A stretch of DNA of 64,000 bases from a virus. The notes beneath the pieces were generated by a model. That model saw only the letters and a list, made by a program, of their open reading frames with translations. It was not told the origin of the DNA and did no database searches. The DNA lies in the IMG/VR virus record IMGVR_UViG_3300022744_000001, positions 2,022 to 66,021 of that record. One strand, 5' to 3'. Shown here in pieces: positions 50,057-59,068 of the stretch. The position numbers and the translations under genes are program-made. Each line of letters opens with the position of its first letter. The first letter of the stretch is position 1.

Positions 50057-51189
50057 CACCGGTGCCTCTTGTGTGTGGGCTTCTCGTCCCCGAACACGTC
50101 GTGGTAGTGGAACACGAACATCAGCCCAATCGAGATCGCTAACCCGATGATCACGGACACGACCCACTGGGTTGTTGTGGGTACAACGCTCGCGGCGAGG
50201 TACTCGAAGTCCTTCATGGGCTTGCGTTGGTAGTTCTGAATCACATGAGAACGAAAGAGCCCGAGGATGGGTTCGCGCTCGAGAGGGAGCCCTTGAACCG
50301 CGGCCTCCAGCTCGACTTCGAAGTTCTTCCTCACGGTCCAAGCCATGACCTCGGCCCACACGATCTGGTTCGTTTGGTCGAGACCTAGAACCAGCACCGC
50401 GTCATTTTTCTTCGCTCCAACCCAGAACTCTTCCAGGGCGTAGAAGAAGTCACGCGGCTTGTGGGACACGACCACGATGAGGTTGACCTGTTTTTTCGGC
50501 CCCACCTCGCCGTTGATTTTCTCGAGCTGCCGGTTCCACTCGTCCGCATCAGGCAAGGCCACCCCCACCTGCACGAGCCTCTTCAAGTGCCAGTAGTCGT
50601 AGACCTGGTCCGGGTAAGCAGGCAGGACATCCTGATACTTCTCCGTGAGCCCTTGGTGGCGGAATACGGAGTCGGGAGAGGCTTTGACGTAGTTCTCGTA
50701 CGAGTGGGTCCGAGCTACCGGCTCGCCCACCTTCGTGGCACCCCAACGGGGAGGCGTGATCGTGCCTTGCCGGTCGATACGGGAGATCTCGAATTGGCCG
50801 AGTGACGTGTAGACATCCCAGTCGAAATCATACGGGTGGTCGTAACACGTCTCGTAGCAGGTGTCATAGCAACGGTCGTAGCAGTAGCTGGGGTTCTTGG
50901 CCGTGCCTCCGCACTTGCGTCGGTTGCAGTTGTGCGGGTTGCATTTGTACGGGTGGCATCGGTAGCTGTGTTCGCAGCTCACCCGCTCTTGCTTTTTGCC
51001 GGTCACTGTACCGTTGAGGACTTCAACGTCGCCGGTGTCCTGGTAGTAAACGATCGCGGCCGAGCCGCCCGCTACCATGGCTTGAGCGGCCAAGTGGAGC
51101 GCGAATTCCTTCCACGTGATGCCGTGGAAGAAAGCGCGGCCAACGATAGCCGGGAGAATGGCGACTGCGAATAGAAGTAGGAAGACCAT
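50056..51189 (-). CDS. membrane protein with Cys/Tyr-rich ectodomain
   Basis: TM segments at both ends. Cluster CEHSYRCHPYKCNPHNCNRRKCGG...YCYDRCYDTCYETCYDHPYD. No family recognised. Confidence 0.6.
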   Translation of the reverse strand: MVFLLLFAVAILPAIVGRAFFHGITWKEFALHLAAQAMVAGGSAAIVYYQDTGDVEVLNGTVTGKKQERVSCEHSYRCHPYKCNPHNCNRRKCGGTAKNPSYCYDRCYDTCYETCYDHPYDFDWDVYTSLGQFEISRIDRQGTITPPRWGATKVGEPVARTHSYENYVKASPDSVFRHQGLTEKYQDVLPAYPDQVYDYWHLKRLVQVGVALPDADEWNRQLEKINGEVGPKKQVNLIVVVSHKPRDFFYALEEFWVGAKKNDAVLVLGLDQTNQIVWAEVMAWTVRKNFEVELEAAVQGLPLEREPILGLFRSHVIQNYQRKPMKDFEYLAASVVPTTTQWVVSVIIGLAISIGLMFVFHYHDVFGDEKPTHKRHR

Positions 51190-51236
51190 CGGTGCCCACT
51201 AAAGACACCGATGGTTTGACAATTTGCTGGTTTTTC

Positions 51237-51461
51237 TCACCAGTAGTCCCACCGGATGTGGCGGGGGTAGCGGTCGGGGATACGCTCGAACTGGCGGGTT
51301 CGGAGGGCGTCGTGGACGAGACGCCGAGCGCTTTTCCAGTTCATCCGTTGTGCCCACCGGCAGTAACCGATGGTCATAACGCTGTAGCCTCGCAGCTTCT
51401 TATGCCTTGAACGCTTCTTTCGACGGTAGTTCGTGTGCACTCGTCCCTCGTAGGGCGCCAA
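51237..51461 (-). CDS. small basic protein (74 aa)
   Basis: ATG ORF, Arg/Lys-rich. No family recognised. Confidence 0.4.
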   Translation of the reverse strand: MAPYEGRVHTNYRRKKRSRHKKLRGYSVMTIGYCRWAQRMNWKSARRLVHDALRTRQFERIPDRYPRHIRWDYW

Positions 51462-51470
51462 AGGGGCGTC

Positions 51471-51737
51471 CTAACGGGGCTTCGTGTCGGTCGTAGATGG
51501 TCGGCATGGGTCGTCTACACCATAGATGGTTTCGCCGCTGGCGACAAACTCTTCCGCCCACCGCACGAGAACCTGGTCCTCAACGTAGTAAAGGGCGGTC
51601 CCGTCGTTGCCCTTCTGCTGGTTGATGCTGTTCGAGATGAGCTGACCCAGGCGTAAATGAGGGCTGCTCACCCAGGCCGCGTAGAGGCGGTTGATGACTT
51701 CCTTCTTCTGTTCTGGTGTAAAGGCTCTATCTTGCAT
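51471..51737 (-). CDS. hypothetical protein (88 aa)
   Basis: Internal ATG 51737 chosen (MQDRAFTPEQKKEV...). Confidence 0.45.
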   Translation of the reverse strand: MQDRAFTPEQKKEVINRLYAAWVSSPHLRLGQLISNSINQQKGNDGTALYYVEDQVLVRWAEEFVASGETIYGVDDPCRPSTTDTKPR

Positions 51738-51758
51738 GACTACTTCCTGGAGGGTCGC

Positions 51759-52106
51759 ATGGCATTTCCGAAAAGCAAACGCAGAAAAATCACAGTGGAT
51801 GGGGTCACCTATCACTACGTGATCGTTCCCGCCGCCGCGGGCCTCACGCGCACCATGACCTTAAGAGTGCAACGGGTCGCCGACGGGGAGCACTTCGTGT
51901 TCAGGGCGATCGACACAACTTACGACCCGGGAAAAGCGGTACGCGAGTTCGTGAGCCCCATCTCGGGGGAAGTGTCGAACGACTCCAATGGGGTCACTCC
52001 GAAGGATGTGGCCGCGGCGATTCGTGGCGAACGCATCTCCGGTGTGTGGCAGCTCAGCCCGGTCACCGGTCAAAAGCAGCCTGCATCAATGGGCGGAGTT
52101 TGTTGA
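51759..52106 (+). CDS. hypothetical protein (115 aa)
   Basis: Internal ATG 51759 (MAFPKSKRRKITVDGVTYHY...). Divergent from 51471..51737. Confidence 0.45.
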   Translation: MAFPKSKRRKITVDGVTYHYVIVPAAAGLTRTMTLRVQRVADGEHFVFRAIDTTYDPGKAVREFVSPISGEVSNDSNGVTPKDVAAAIRGERISGVWQLSPVTGQKQPASMGGVC

Positions 52107-52638
52107 GGTCCTCCTCGAAACCCTCGCCCACTCGAATCTTGAATACGTTCGGGTGGGCGAAGTCCAGGTTCCAAGGAGACTCCAACATCACGCCGAGACC
52201 ACGAGGGCGCCACTGCAACCAACGCAGCATGTACGCAGGCCAGTCGTCGAACAAGACACGCCCGTAGACGAGCCCTTTGTCCTCCGTGATGGTCACAGGA
52301 ACGTTGGGTAGGTATTTGCGGCACCACTCGACCTTTTCAGTCCAAGCACTCGCTGTACGAAAAGGCCCCTTCGTCAGTACCGTGGTTTGAAACCCCATCT
52401 GCTGCATCGTGAGGACAACCCGAAAACCCTCTCGGATTGGAGGCAACCTCCGCCAGAACCCTGGTTGTGACTTGATGAGAGTTTTGCGGGCATCGAGCCA
52501 CGCTGGTATATCCTCCCCCTCGAACTTTGGCTCGCCAGGGTAAGCGATCTTCTCGAGAGCTGCTTTCATCCCGCCGTAGTAGTCGGCGATGGTGCCGTCC
52601 ATGTCTATAAGGGCGATTTTCTCAGGTGCTTGTTCCAT
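52063..52638 (-). CDS. HAD-family 5'(3')-deoxyribonucleotidase-like protein
   Basis: N-terminal motif IALIDMDGTIADY (DxDGT) and a later VLFDDW motif. 191 aa. Confidence 0.6.
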   Translation of the reverse strand: MEQAPEKIALIDMDGTIADYYGGMKAALEKIAYPGEPKFEGEDIPAWLDARKTLIKSQPGFWRRLPPIREGFRVVLTMQQMGFQTTVLTKGPFRTASAWTEKVEWCRKYLPNVPVTITEDKGLVYGRVLFDDWPAYMLRWLQWRPRGLGVMLESPWNLDFAHPNVFKIRVGEGFEEDLNKLRPLMQAAFDR

Positions 52639-52656
52639 TGGTGTAGAGGTACACCG

Positions 52657-52935
52657 ATGGAACCCACAACAAAGATGTTGCAGCTTCTACCCGCCACTCC
52701 TGAGTGGAGCGCAGCCTTCCTTGAACCCTCCAGCAAAGACGTCACCTTTCGCCCTGTACTCATGTGGGCGCTTTGCGCGGACGGCGAACGAACCAAGGTT
52801 CACGGGGTTGTTTGCATCGAGGGGCAAATCCTTCCCGTTTCAGATTGCCCAGCATTTGTCGGGTACCTTGATCCGACCCTTACCGTGACCGAACGGAAAA
52901 AACGCATCAGCATGTTTCGTGGGGTCACGGTGTAG
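52657..52935 (+). CDS. hypothetical protein (92 aa)
   Basis: Internal ATG 52657. Divergent from the nucleotidase gene. Confidence 0.4.
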   Translation: MEPTTKMLQLLPATPEWSAAFLEPSSKDVTFRPVLMWALCADGERTKVHGVVCIEGQILPVSDCPAFVGYLDPTLTVTERKKRISMFRGVTV

Positions 52936-52946
52936 AGGGGCCTATC

Positions 52947-53504
52947 ATGCCTGACCTGGACCTGACCGAGGAGGAATGGGCTGCTTTGCTTCGGGCCTCG
53001 GATGAAACCTCCCCCAAGAAACAAGAGCCAAAACCGTCCACTGGGGTTCCAACTCAACCCTTACGAACCCGGTACGAGTTGGACGAGCAGTTCCCGAACC
53101 AACGACGGGACCTCGTTTGCCCTGAGTGCGGTAGCCAAATGACGCTCAAAGACAGCCGGAATGGCGTCTTCTATGGGTGCGTGCGTTGGCATGAGACCCG
53201 GTGCAAAGGCTCGCACTCAGCTCACCGAAGCACGGGGCTGCCTATGGGCATTCCCGCGACCGCGAACACGAAGAAACTCCGGATGGATGCCCACGCCTCA
53301 TTCGACCAGCTGTGGAAGACCGGTCGAATGAAGAGACCCGAAGCATACGCCTGGTTGTCCAAACAACTCGAGCTACCCCCGGCGCAAACCCACATCTCCA
53401 TGTTCGACGATGAGATGTGTCGAAAAGTTATACGGGTAGTTGAACGTGAGTTCACACCTCAGAGTCGATTCGACTTGATGGATGAGTGGGACGGTACCCT
53501 ATGA
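52947..53504 (+). CDS. zinc-ribbon protein, DUF3268-like
   Basis: CPECGSQMTLKDSRNGVFYGCVRWHETRCKGSHSAH followed by ...RMDAHASFDQLW...AYAWLSKQL...HISMFDDEMC. Family assigned from recall only. Confidence 0.45.
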   Translation: MPDLDLTEEEWAALLRASDETSPKKQEPKPSTGVPTQPLRTRYELDEQFPNQRRDLVCPECGSQMTLKDSRNGVFYGCVRWHETRCKGSHSAHRSTGLPMGIPATANTKKLRMDAHASFDQLWKTGRMKRPEAYAWLSKQLELPPAQTHISMFDDEMCRKVIRVVEREFTPQSRFDLMDEWDGTL

Positions 53505-53701
53505 CCATTGATGAGTCAGCCAAACTGAGTAAACTACGCGCCACAGAGAACCAACGTTGGGCAGAAATGGAGAGGGCCCTAGACCGATTCAATCAATCCC
53601 TAGCTCGGTTTGAGGGTTGGGTTACCTGCGAAGCGATTCGAGTAAGGAAGTTAGCGTTAGCAACCCCGGTGGCCGAGGATAGCCCCCGCAAGAAAACTTG
53701 A
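53486..53701 (+). CDS. small coiled-coil protein (71 aa)
   Basis: ATG ORF overlapping the upstream stop region. Confidence 0.4.
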   Translation: MGRYPMTIDESAKLSKLRATENQRWAEMERALDRFNQSLARFEGWVTCEAIRVRKLALATPVAEDSPRKKT

Positions 53702-53780
53702 CGCCCTCGAGAGGGTGACTAATCAAGGTTGCCTGCGCCCCGCAAATTCCGTGTAAATTCGGCGTGTCACGTCTTTTCAG

Positions 53781-54137
53781 TTGGCGAGTTTGTGCCACAC
53801 TCGCAGGATGCTTAGGCAGCTCTTCTCCCCCCGAACCAAACTCGACAAGCCCGCTCTGGACCGCCAAACCCAAGAGGCCCTTCGCTGGGAGCGAATGGGG
53901 GAACTCTGGGCAGAGGACCAGTTCGGGAGCGTCTATGGCAGAGAGGCATCGCTGAGGCTTCTGGCTGAGCGCCTTTCGACCTCTCGAACCGCACCCAATC
54001 AACACCAGTGGTCCCGGCTCATCCTCGCCTATGAGCGGCGCTGGGACGCTTTGCGTCGAGACTGGGCTCTGCGGCGAAGCTACGAGCCCAAACCCTACCT
54101 CTACCGAGCGCTAGGGTTTCTCCGCAATCACAGTTGA
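53781..54137 (+). CDS. hypothetical protein (118 aa; start uncertain)
   Basis: Arg/Trp-rich. MLRQLF at 53808 is an alternative start. Confidence 0.4.
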   Translation: MASLCHTRRMLRQLFSPRTKLDKPALDRQTQEALRWERMGELWAEDQFGSVYGREASLRLLAERLSTSRTAPNQHQWSRLILAYERRWDALRRDWALRRSYEPKPYLYRALGFLRNHS

Positions 54138-54153
54138 AAACGAGCACGTTTGC

Positions 54154-54729
54154 GTGCATAACTCCGCCTTGATGCACGCAAATCCTACGAAATCCTCCAT
54201 CGGCTTCCTCGCAGCCCCAAGTGACGCGACCCTGACCGCGCTCTGCGCCAAGCACACCTCACTCACTCGTGTGCAATGGAATCTGCGACCTTTCGGCCCG
54301 GAGTTCATGGGACGGGTCTGGGTGGATGAGATGGAGCACCTCCAGTTCAGGAGAACTCACCACTACTTCCACACGTACTTCCGGTCTCCCAGCGAGGTCG
54401 CTGTACGTGTAGCCCTCGCCCTCGCCCTCGAAGCCACGGAACCAGCACTATCTCCCGCTCGGGCCGCCGCGCTTCTCTCCAAATCCGAGACCGTGGTCAT
54501 CCGGAAGATCGACCGAGAACTCAAGGTCAAGATCAACCGAAGTAGCCCGCTCGAGCACTTCAGCGTCTGGGTGCACCCTAAGAGCAGAGAGCAAGTGCGC
54601 GTCTCCAGTGTCAACTTCGGTGAAGTCCGCGTCATGTATGTGGGCAGAACGCTTGAAACCGACACTCAGCGTGAACCTAGCTTTGTATCCAACTTCCGCC
54701 TCCTTGGGGTTGAGCAGTTAGCGGTGTAG
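54154..54729 (+). CDS. hypothetical protein (191 aa)
   Basis: ATG ORF with TAG stop. Confidence 0.5.
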   Translation: MHNSALMHANPTKSSIGFLAAPSDATLTALCAKHTSLTRVQWNLRPFGPEFMGRVWVDEMEHLQFRRTHHYFHTYFRSPSEVAVRVALALALEATEPALSPARAAALLSKSETVVIRKIDRELKVKINRSSPLEHFSVWVHPKSREQVRVSSVNFGEVRVMYVGRTLETDTQREPSFVSNFRLLGVEQLAV

Positions 54730-54737
54730 CGTGGTGA

Positions 54738-54956
54738 GTGACTCTCGAGGAAGATGAGGATACCGGGGTTCTTGTGCAGATTGGGGCGGAAGAGGTCGGG
54801 TATTATCCTGACGGGACGCCCATGATCATGTACTTCCCTCTGGATTTTGATTACCCGCCCAAGCCCGGCACTCTGGAACACCAGGAGGCCATCGCCCCCT
54901 ACGTCCACGCTCTCATTTTCGCGTTCGCCCCAGGCCCCCAGGACATCGACTTCTGA
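54738..54956 (+). CDS. small acidic protein (72 aa)
   Basis: GTG start. Confidence 0.4.
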   Translation: MTLEEDEDTGVLVQIGAEEVGYYPDGTPMIMYFPLDFDYPPKPGTLEHQEAIAPYVHALIFAFAPGPQDIDF

Positions 54957-54958
54957 CT

Positions 54959-55621
54959 ATGAACACCCGCACGCTCTACAAGCGGCTCCGCCGCGCCAGC
55001 AAGAACCCGTTCGAGACTGCGTTTGGCAGCCGCTTCGGCATCGACATTCTTCTCCCCACCTCTCTGCTCGCAGAGCAACAACCGCCCAAGCCCGAGCTGC
55101 CTCCCGACCTCATGCAAGGGGTGTTCATCGGGGACTTTGTCCCTGCCAAGGAGGAGGAAGAGGAAAAGCCCCATACCCGAATCGTAAGCGTTTACGCGGC
55201 GGATGGCGACGGCCCGGAAAAACGAGAAGCGCTCGTCCCGGGGAGCGTGCGCGAGATTGAGCCCATCGAGGGGCGACGTCGATTCACTTGGTACGAGGCC
55301 ACTGATTGGAGAGACGATGGTTCGAAGCTTGGAACGCACACGCCCTATTTTGAACCTTGGGTTCTACAGGAGATCGCGTACCAGGAGTGGCAGCAAAAAG
55401 CACAGGATGATGTTGCGCACCCCGTGCTGGCGAGACTCAAAGAGATTCACCGGCACGCATCGAAACGAACCGTGTACGTGCTCAACGACGGGCTTCATGT
55501 GACCTACCTGTTCAAGACGTATGACAGGGACCGCGAGCACCTCATGGACATTGCTCGCACGGCGAGCCGGGCCATCCGCTTCGCAGAGCGGCAAGGGGTT
55601 CCGATTCGAGTCCGGGTCTAG
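54959..55621 (+). CDS. hypothetical protein (220 aa)
   Basis: ATG lies 2 nt after the upstream stop. Confidence 0.55.
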   Translation: MNTRTLYKRLRRASKNPFETAFGSRFGIDILLPTSLLAEQQPPKPELPPDLMQGVFIGDFVPAKEEEEEKPHTRIVSVYAADGDGPEKREALVPGSVREIEPIEGRRRFTWYEATDWRDDGSKLGTHTPYFEPWVLQEIAYQEWQQKAQDDVAHPVLARLKEIHRHASKRTVYVLNDGLHVTYLFKTYDRDREHLMDIARTASRAIRFAERQGVPIRVRV

Positions 55622-55863
55622 TTCGGCAAGCTCTGAATCCGAAGGGTCGAACGCAGCTTGAGCAGCTCCTCGTAGGGCAGCTCGACCCGGTCCCCCTCAA
55701 CGTCCAAGGCCACCGGGTAGCCGTGCACCTCGGGCATCTGCTCGACGTCTTCGACTATGTCCATGAAGACCTGCTCCGGCATCTTCACCGACTGCTCGAA
55801 TCCGTTCTCCCACACAGAGAGGACTACGTCCTCGCCCACGCGCTTGATTCGGTAGCTGATCAT
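55618..55863 (-). CDS. hypothetical protein (81 aa)
   Basis: ATG ORF convergent with 54959..55621. Confidence 0.5.
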   Translation of the reverse strand: MISYRIKRVGEDVVLSVWENGFEQSVKMPEQVFMDIVEDVEQMPEVHGYPVALDVEGDRVELPYEELLKLRSTLRIQSLPN

Positions 55864-55949
55864 TCACCCAAGGTTTCCCACAAGTGAACTAACAGGGATT
55901 TACCAGCACTTCTCGTACGTTGTAGTGCATTATCCCCGTTTTCTCCACA

Positions 55950-56168
55950 TCACCCGTTCAGACGAGCCAAGACCTGGGTGTACAGCTCCTCCGGCACCTC
56001 AACCCAGTAGTCGCCCTTCTGAGGCGCTCGCAGCTGAAGGCGGTAGTTCTTCCCTGTCACCGACTGACCGACAACCTGGCCAGATTCCCCGTAGTGGAAC
56101 TTGAGCACGTCGCGTACCTCATGGCCGACGACCAGCACTCCAACCTCTCGCATCTTCTTCTCTGTCAT
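55950..56168 (-). CDS. hypothetical protein (72 aa)
   Basis: Internal ATG 56168 (MTEKKMREVGVLVVGHEV...). Confidence 0.45.
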   Translation of the reverse strand: MTEKKMREVGVLVVGHEVRDVLKFHYGESGQVVGQSVTGKNYRLQLRAPQKGDYWVEVPEELYTQVLARLNG

Positions 56169-56200
56169 GCTCCAGTTTACACCGCGGTGTACTAGGGCGC

Positions 56201-56407
56201 ATGGGCGACGATACCGTGAGCTTGGATGACGTGGAGTGCATCCGAGAGACCAACAGTGCAATCCTCTGCCGGATCGGGGACAAGAGGAAGCGGGAGGTTT
56301 GGATACCTCAGAGCCAAGTACATGACGACAGCGAAGTGTACGCCAAAGGCCACAAAGGCAAGCTTGTGGTCACCCAGTGGTTTGCAGAACAAGAGGGGCT
56401 CGAGTGA
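56201..56407 (+). CDS. small hypothetical protein (68 aa)
   Basis: ATG ORF containing SAILCRIGDKRKREVWIPQSQV. Confidence 0.5.
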   Translation: MGDDTVSLDDVECIRETNSAILCRIGDKRKREVWIPQSQVHDDSEVYAKGHKGKLVVTQWFAEQEGLE

Positions 56408-56835
56408 ACTTTCAGTTCGGGGTTTACGCAGAGATTGAACTACTCGTTGATTTGACCTACTCGGGCGTCACTGTGGCGCTCGCGGACGGCCATGACGCTG
56501 AGGCCCAGCTCTGGATGGGGGAAGGGAAGAAGCGGAGGGTCTACGAGCCTTTTCGAGTCGATGACCGTGTCCGCCAGTACAACATCGTCCCGCTCATCCC
56601 AGATGTGAAAGAGGGTGGCGTTTACCTATGGACCTGGATCGCTCACTACTACTGGACCCCGCCAAACTCGAACGTTACGATCCGCCGCTCCGATATCACG
56701 CTCGCCCGCACCGGGAGGATGCGCTATCGGCTCGAGGTCAAGACGTGGCAAAACGAAGCGATTCAGTATCTTCTTGACAAGTACACGTCACAAATTATGG
56801 AAGAGTCCTATCGAGCCACGAACGTGCGCGGCTAA
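56404..56835 (+). CDS. hypothetical protein (143 aa)
   Basis: GTG start overlaps the upstream stop (GTGA). Confidence 0.5.
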   Translation: MNFQFGVYAEIELLVDLTYSGVTVALADGHDAEAQLWMGEGKKRRVYEPFRVDDRVRQYNIVPLIPDVKEGGVYLWTWIAHYYWTPPNSNVTIRRSDITLARTGRMRYRLEVKTWQNEAIQYLLDKYTSQIMEESYRATNVRG

Positions 56836-56843
56836 GGACGGCC

Positions 56844-57260
56844 ATGGACCTGACCATTACAGCGGTATGCGTGCTTGTCATCAACCCCAAGGGCCAGGTG
56901 CTCCAGGTAGCTCGCCGGGGCACCACCGACCAGTGGGGCATCGTTGGCGGCAAGGTGGAGCCCCCGGACAAGTCCCCAGCTCACGCCGCAGCGCGCGAGG
57001 TCCGGGAGGAGTCAGGGGTCATCGTCAAGGTGCACCACCTCATCCCGCTTTTCACGAGCATGGCGGACGAGGAGTTCGTCTGCCAAACCTTCCTCGCGCT
57101 CGAGTACGACGACACGGACATGGTGACCGAGACCGAAGAGGGGCCTGTCCAGTGGGGCTCCTACAGCAACGTCATCGAAGGTCCGTTTGGAGAGTACAAC
57201 CGTCGGCTCCTCGAGAAGTTCTCCATGGTCAAGGCGGTCCTTGGGCGATTGGCCTACTGA
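56844..57260 (+). CDS. Nudix hydrolase (second copy)
   Basis: Nudix box GGKVEPPDKSPAHAAAREVREESGV. Confidence 0.85.
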   Translation: MDLTITAVCVLVINPKGQVLQVARRGTTDQWGIVGGKVEPPDKSPAHAAAREVREESGVIVKVHHLIPLFTSMADEEFVCQTFLALEYDDTDMVTETEEGPVQWGSYSNVIEGPFGEYNRRLLEKFSMVKAVLGRLAY

Positions 57261-57289
57261 CCTGGAGGGGTAGGGGGTACACTGCGGGT

Positions 57290-57649
57290 ATGACTCGCAG
57301 CATCAACTCCCTACGCGACCTCTTCTCGGGCACCCCTGTGGTCAACCCGACGCTCCAAGAGCTGGCGAACGAACGGCCGCCGCACACCATCTACGAGCAG
57401 TCAGGGAACGACATCACGGCGCGGATGCCCGGAGAGACCGCTGAGGACCACCCAGCCTACCCGCATGAATTGGTAGCCATGGCTCGAGCCCAGCGCTCCC
57501 AAGTTCGAGGCAGGCTCGAGGCGGAGGGGGCCGGGACCTATGTGGCGCCGCCGGTACCCGAGTTCAACGAGGAGGAGTTCCACCCGCCGGTAGACCCCAA
57601 CGCTTGTCCGTTGCGTCCCGGTGATGTATGGCCTTGGCCGAAGGAGTGA
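57290..57649 (+). CDS. hypothetical protein (119 aa)
   Basis: Internal ATG 57290 of the track ORF 56615..57649. Confidence 0.45.
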   Translation: MTRSINSLRDLFSGTPVVNPTLQELANERPPHTIYEQSGNDITARMPGETAEDHPAYPHELVAMARAQRSQVRGRLEAEGAGTYVAPPVPEFNEEEFHPPVDPNACPLRPGDVWPWPKE

Positions 57650-57652
57650 CCT

Positions 57653-57916
57653 TTGGCGACCCACAGCGACCTTACCCCCGAGATGATCGCGAACGCTGAA
57701 CAGAAGCTGGCTCGACGGATCGAGTTGCTCATGGGGTTCGAGGAGGGGCGGGTCACCGTCAAGCTCTTTGACCCCGCCATGCCCGGCAAAACCGGCATGG
57801 AGTTCAACGCCACCCCTCCCCTGACCCAACAAGAGGAGGCACAGATCTTGAGCTACATCAAGGCCATGAACGCAATGATGGGTGGGAGCCCCATCATTGA
57901 ACCCGGCAAAGCCTAG
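57653..57916 (+). CDS. hypothetical protein (87 aa)
   Basis: TTG start 6 nt after AAGGAG. Confidence 0.45.
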   Translation: MATHSDLTPEMIANAEQKLARRIELLMGFEEGRVTVKLFDPAMPGKTGMEFNATPPLTQQEEAQILSYIKAMNAMMGGSPIIEPGKA

Positions 57917-59031
57917 TAGCCTCGTTCCGGGGACGTCGCGCCCTTCTTGTCGTCGCCCACGAGCCAACCGATGGAGGGTCGGATCGCCCCAGACTCCATC
58001 TGGTGTGCGCCCACGAACCCACCAAGGAACTCCATCTCGAACTTCTGGTCGAAGTAGAACCAGGTGAACGGGGCGCGCGAGAGCCCAAGAGGGAGGTCGT
58101 CTGGGCTGGGGCCGTGCCATCCAGCTCCGCCCTTGAGGTGCTCCCCAAAGGCATAGGAGTTCCTCCTCGGACTGTCGTACCGAAGGTACGGGAAGAACTG
58201 GTTGATCCACCCCGTTACGAACGGGCCGCCCGACCCACCGCTCTCCTTGTAGAGGCTCTGCCAGAACTTCGCGTTGGCGCGGCCCTCGGCCGCCCGTACG
58301 AACTCGTCGAGGGTCGGCACAAGGTCGTTGACCCACCAGCTCAGGTCGAACTCGGCCAACGCCTGGGCACGCGCTACAACGTCCTTCCAGTCCTGCACCG
58401 TCCCGAGCAACGTGATCTCGGGGATGCCGCAGCAGGTGCGGACCGCGTAGGTGAAGTACGCACTCATCGACTCCATGAGCACCACTTCGGAGGCCGCCTT
58501 CTCGACACCGCCCGTGGTCGAGAAATTCGAGCGCACAAGCTTCACCTTCTCCTGTCCGATGTTCTCCCCGATCTTCGCGGAGAACTCGTCGAAGGCACCG
58601 GGCCAGTCGTTGTGCGGGCTGCCCTTCACGAAGCCGTCTCGGCGGATCTCGATGAGCTTCTTCTCGCCCTCCTTCGAGCCCAGAACAAACCGCTGGCGAA
58701 GCGCCTCAGCGTTCTTCAGGACGTGCTGGGAGAATCCCTGGGCGATGGCCAGCCAGATGTCGTCCGGGGACAGGACGAGCGGGTAGTGGTCGGCAAACGC
58801 TATGTGGACGGCCTGCAAAAAGCCGTTCTTGGGGGCGTACACCTTGATGACGTCGGGAGTGTTCGCGCCGAACGCTTCGGCCCCGGCTTCGTTGATGATG
58901 CTCTGACCTTTGACTGCGCTCTGTGTTCTGGGGTTCACCCAAGGGGGCATTGTGAGCCGCTCGAGCACCGTTGCCGCGGGAAGCCGCTCCGTGTTTTGCT
59001 TGACGTTCGTTACTTGGAATGTGGTGGGCAT
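57913..59031 (-). CDS. hypothetical protein, DUF4419-like
   Basis: 372 aa. FLQAVHIAFADHYPLVLSPDDIWLAIAQGFSQHVLKNAEALRQRFV resembles my recollection of DUF4419. Confidence 0.55.
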   Translation of the reverse strand: MPTTFQVTNVKQNTERLPAATVLERLTMPPWVNPRTQSAVKGQSIINEAGAEAFGANTPDVIKVYAPKNGFLQAVHIAFADHYPLVLSPDDIWLAIAQGFSQHVLKNAEALRQRFVLGSKEGEKKLIEIRRDGFVKGSPHNDWPGAFDEFSAKIGENIGQEKVKLVRSNFSTTGGVEKAASEVVLMESMSAYFTYAVRTCCGIPEITLLGTVQDWKDVVARAQALAEFDLSWWVNDLVPTLDEFVRAAEGRANAKFWQSLYKESGGSGGPFVTGWINQFFPYLRYDSPRRNSYAFGEHLKGGAGWHGPSPDDLPLGLSRAPFTWFYFDQKFEMEFLGGFVGAHQMESGAIRPSIGWLVGDDKKGATSPERGY

Positions 59032-59068
59032 TCCGCCTTATACACCGCGCCGCGGATTTTGCAGCGAA

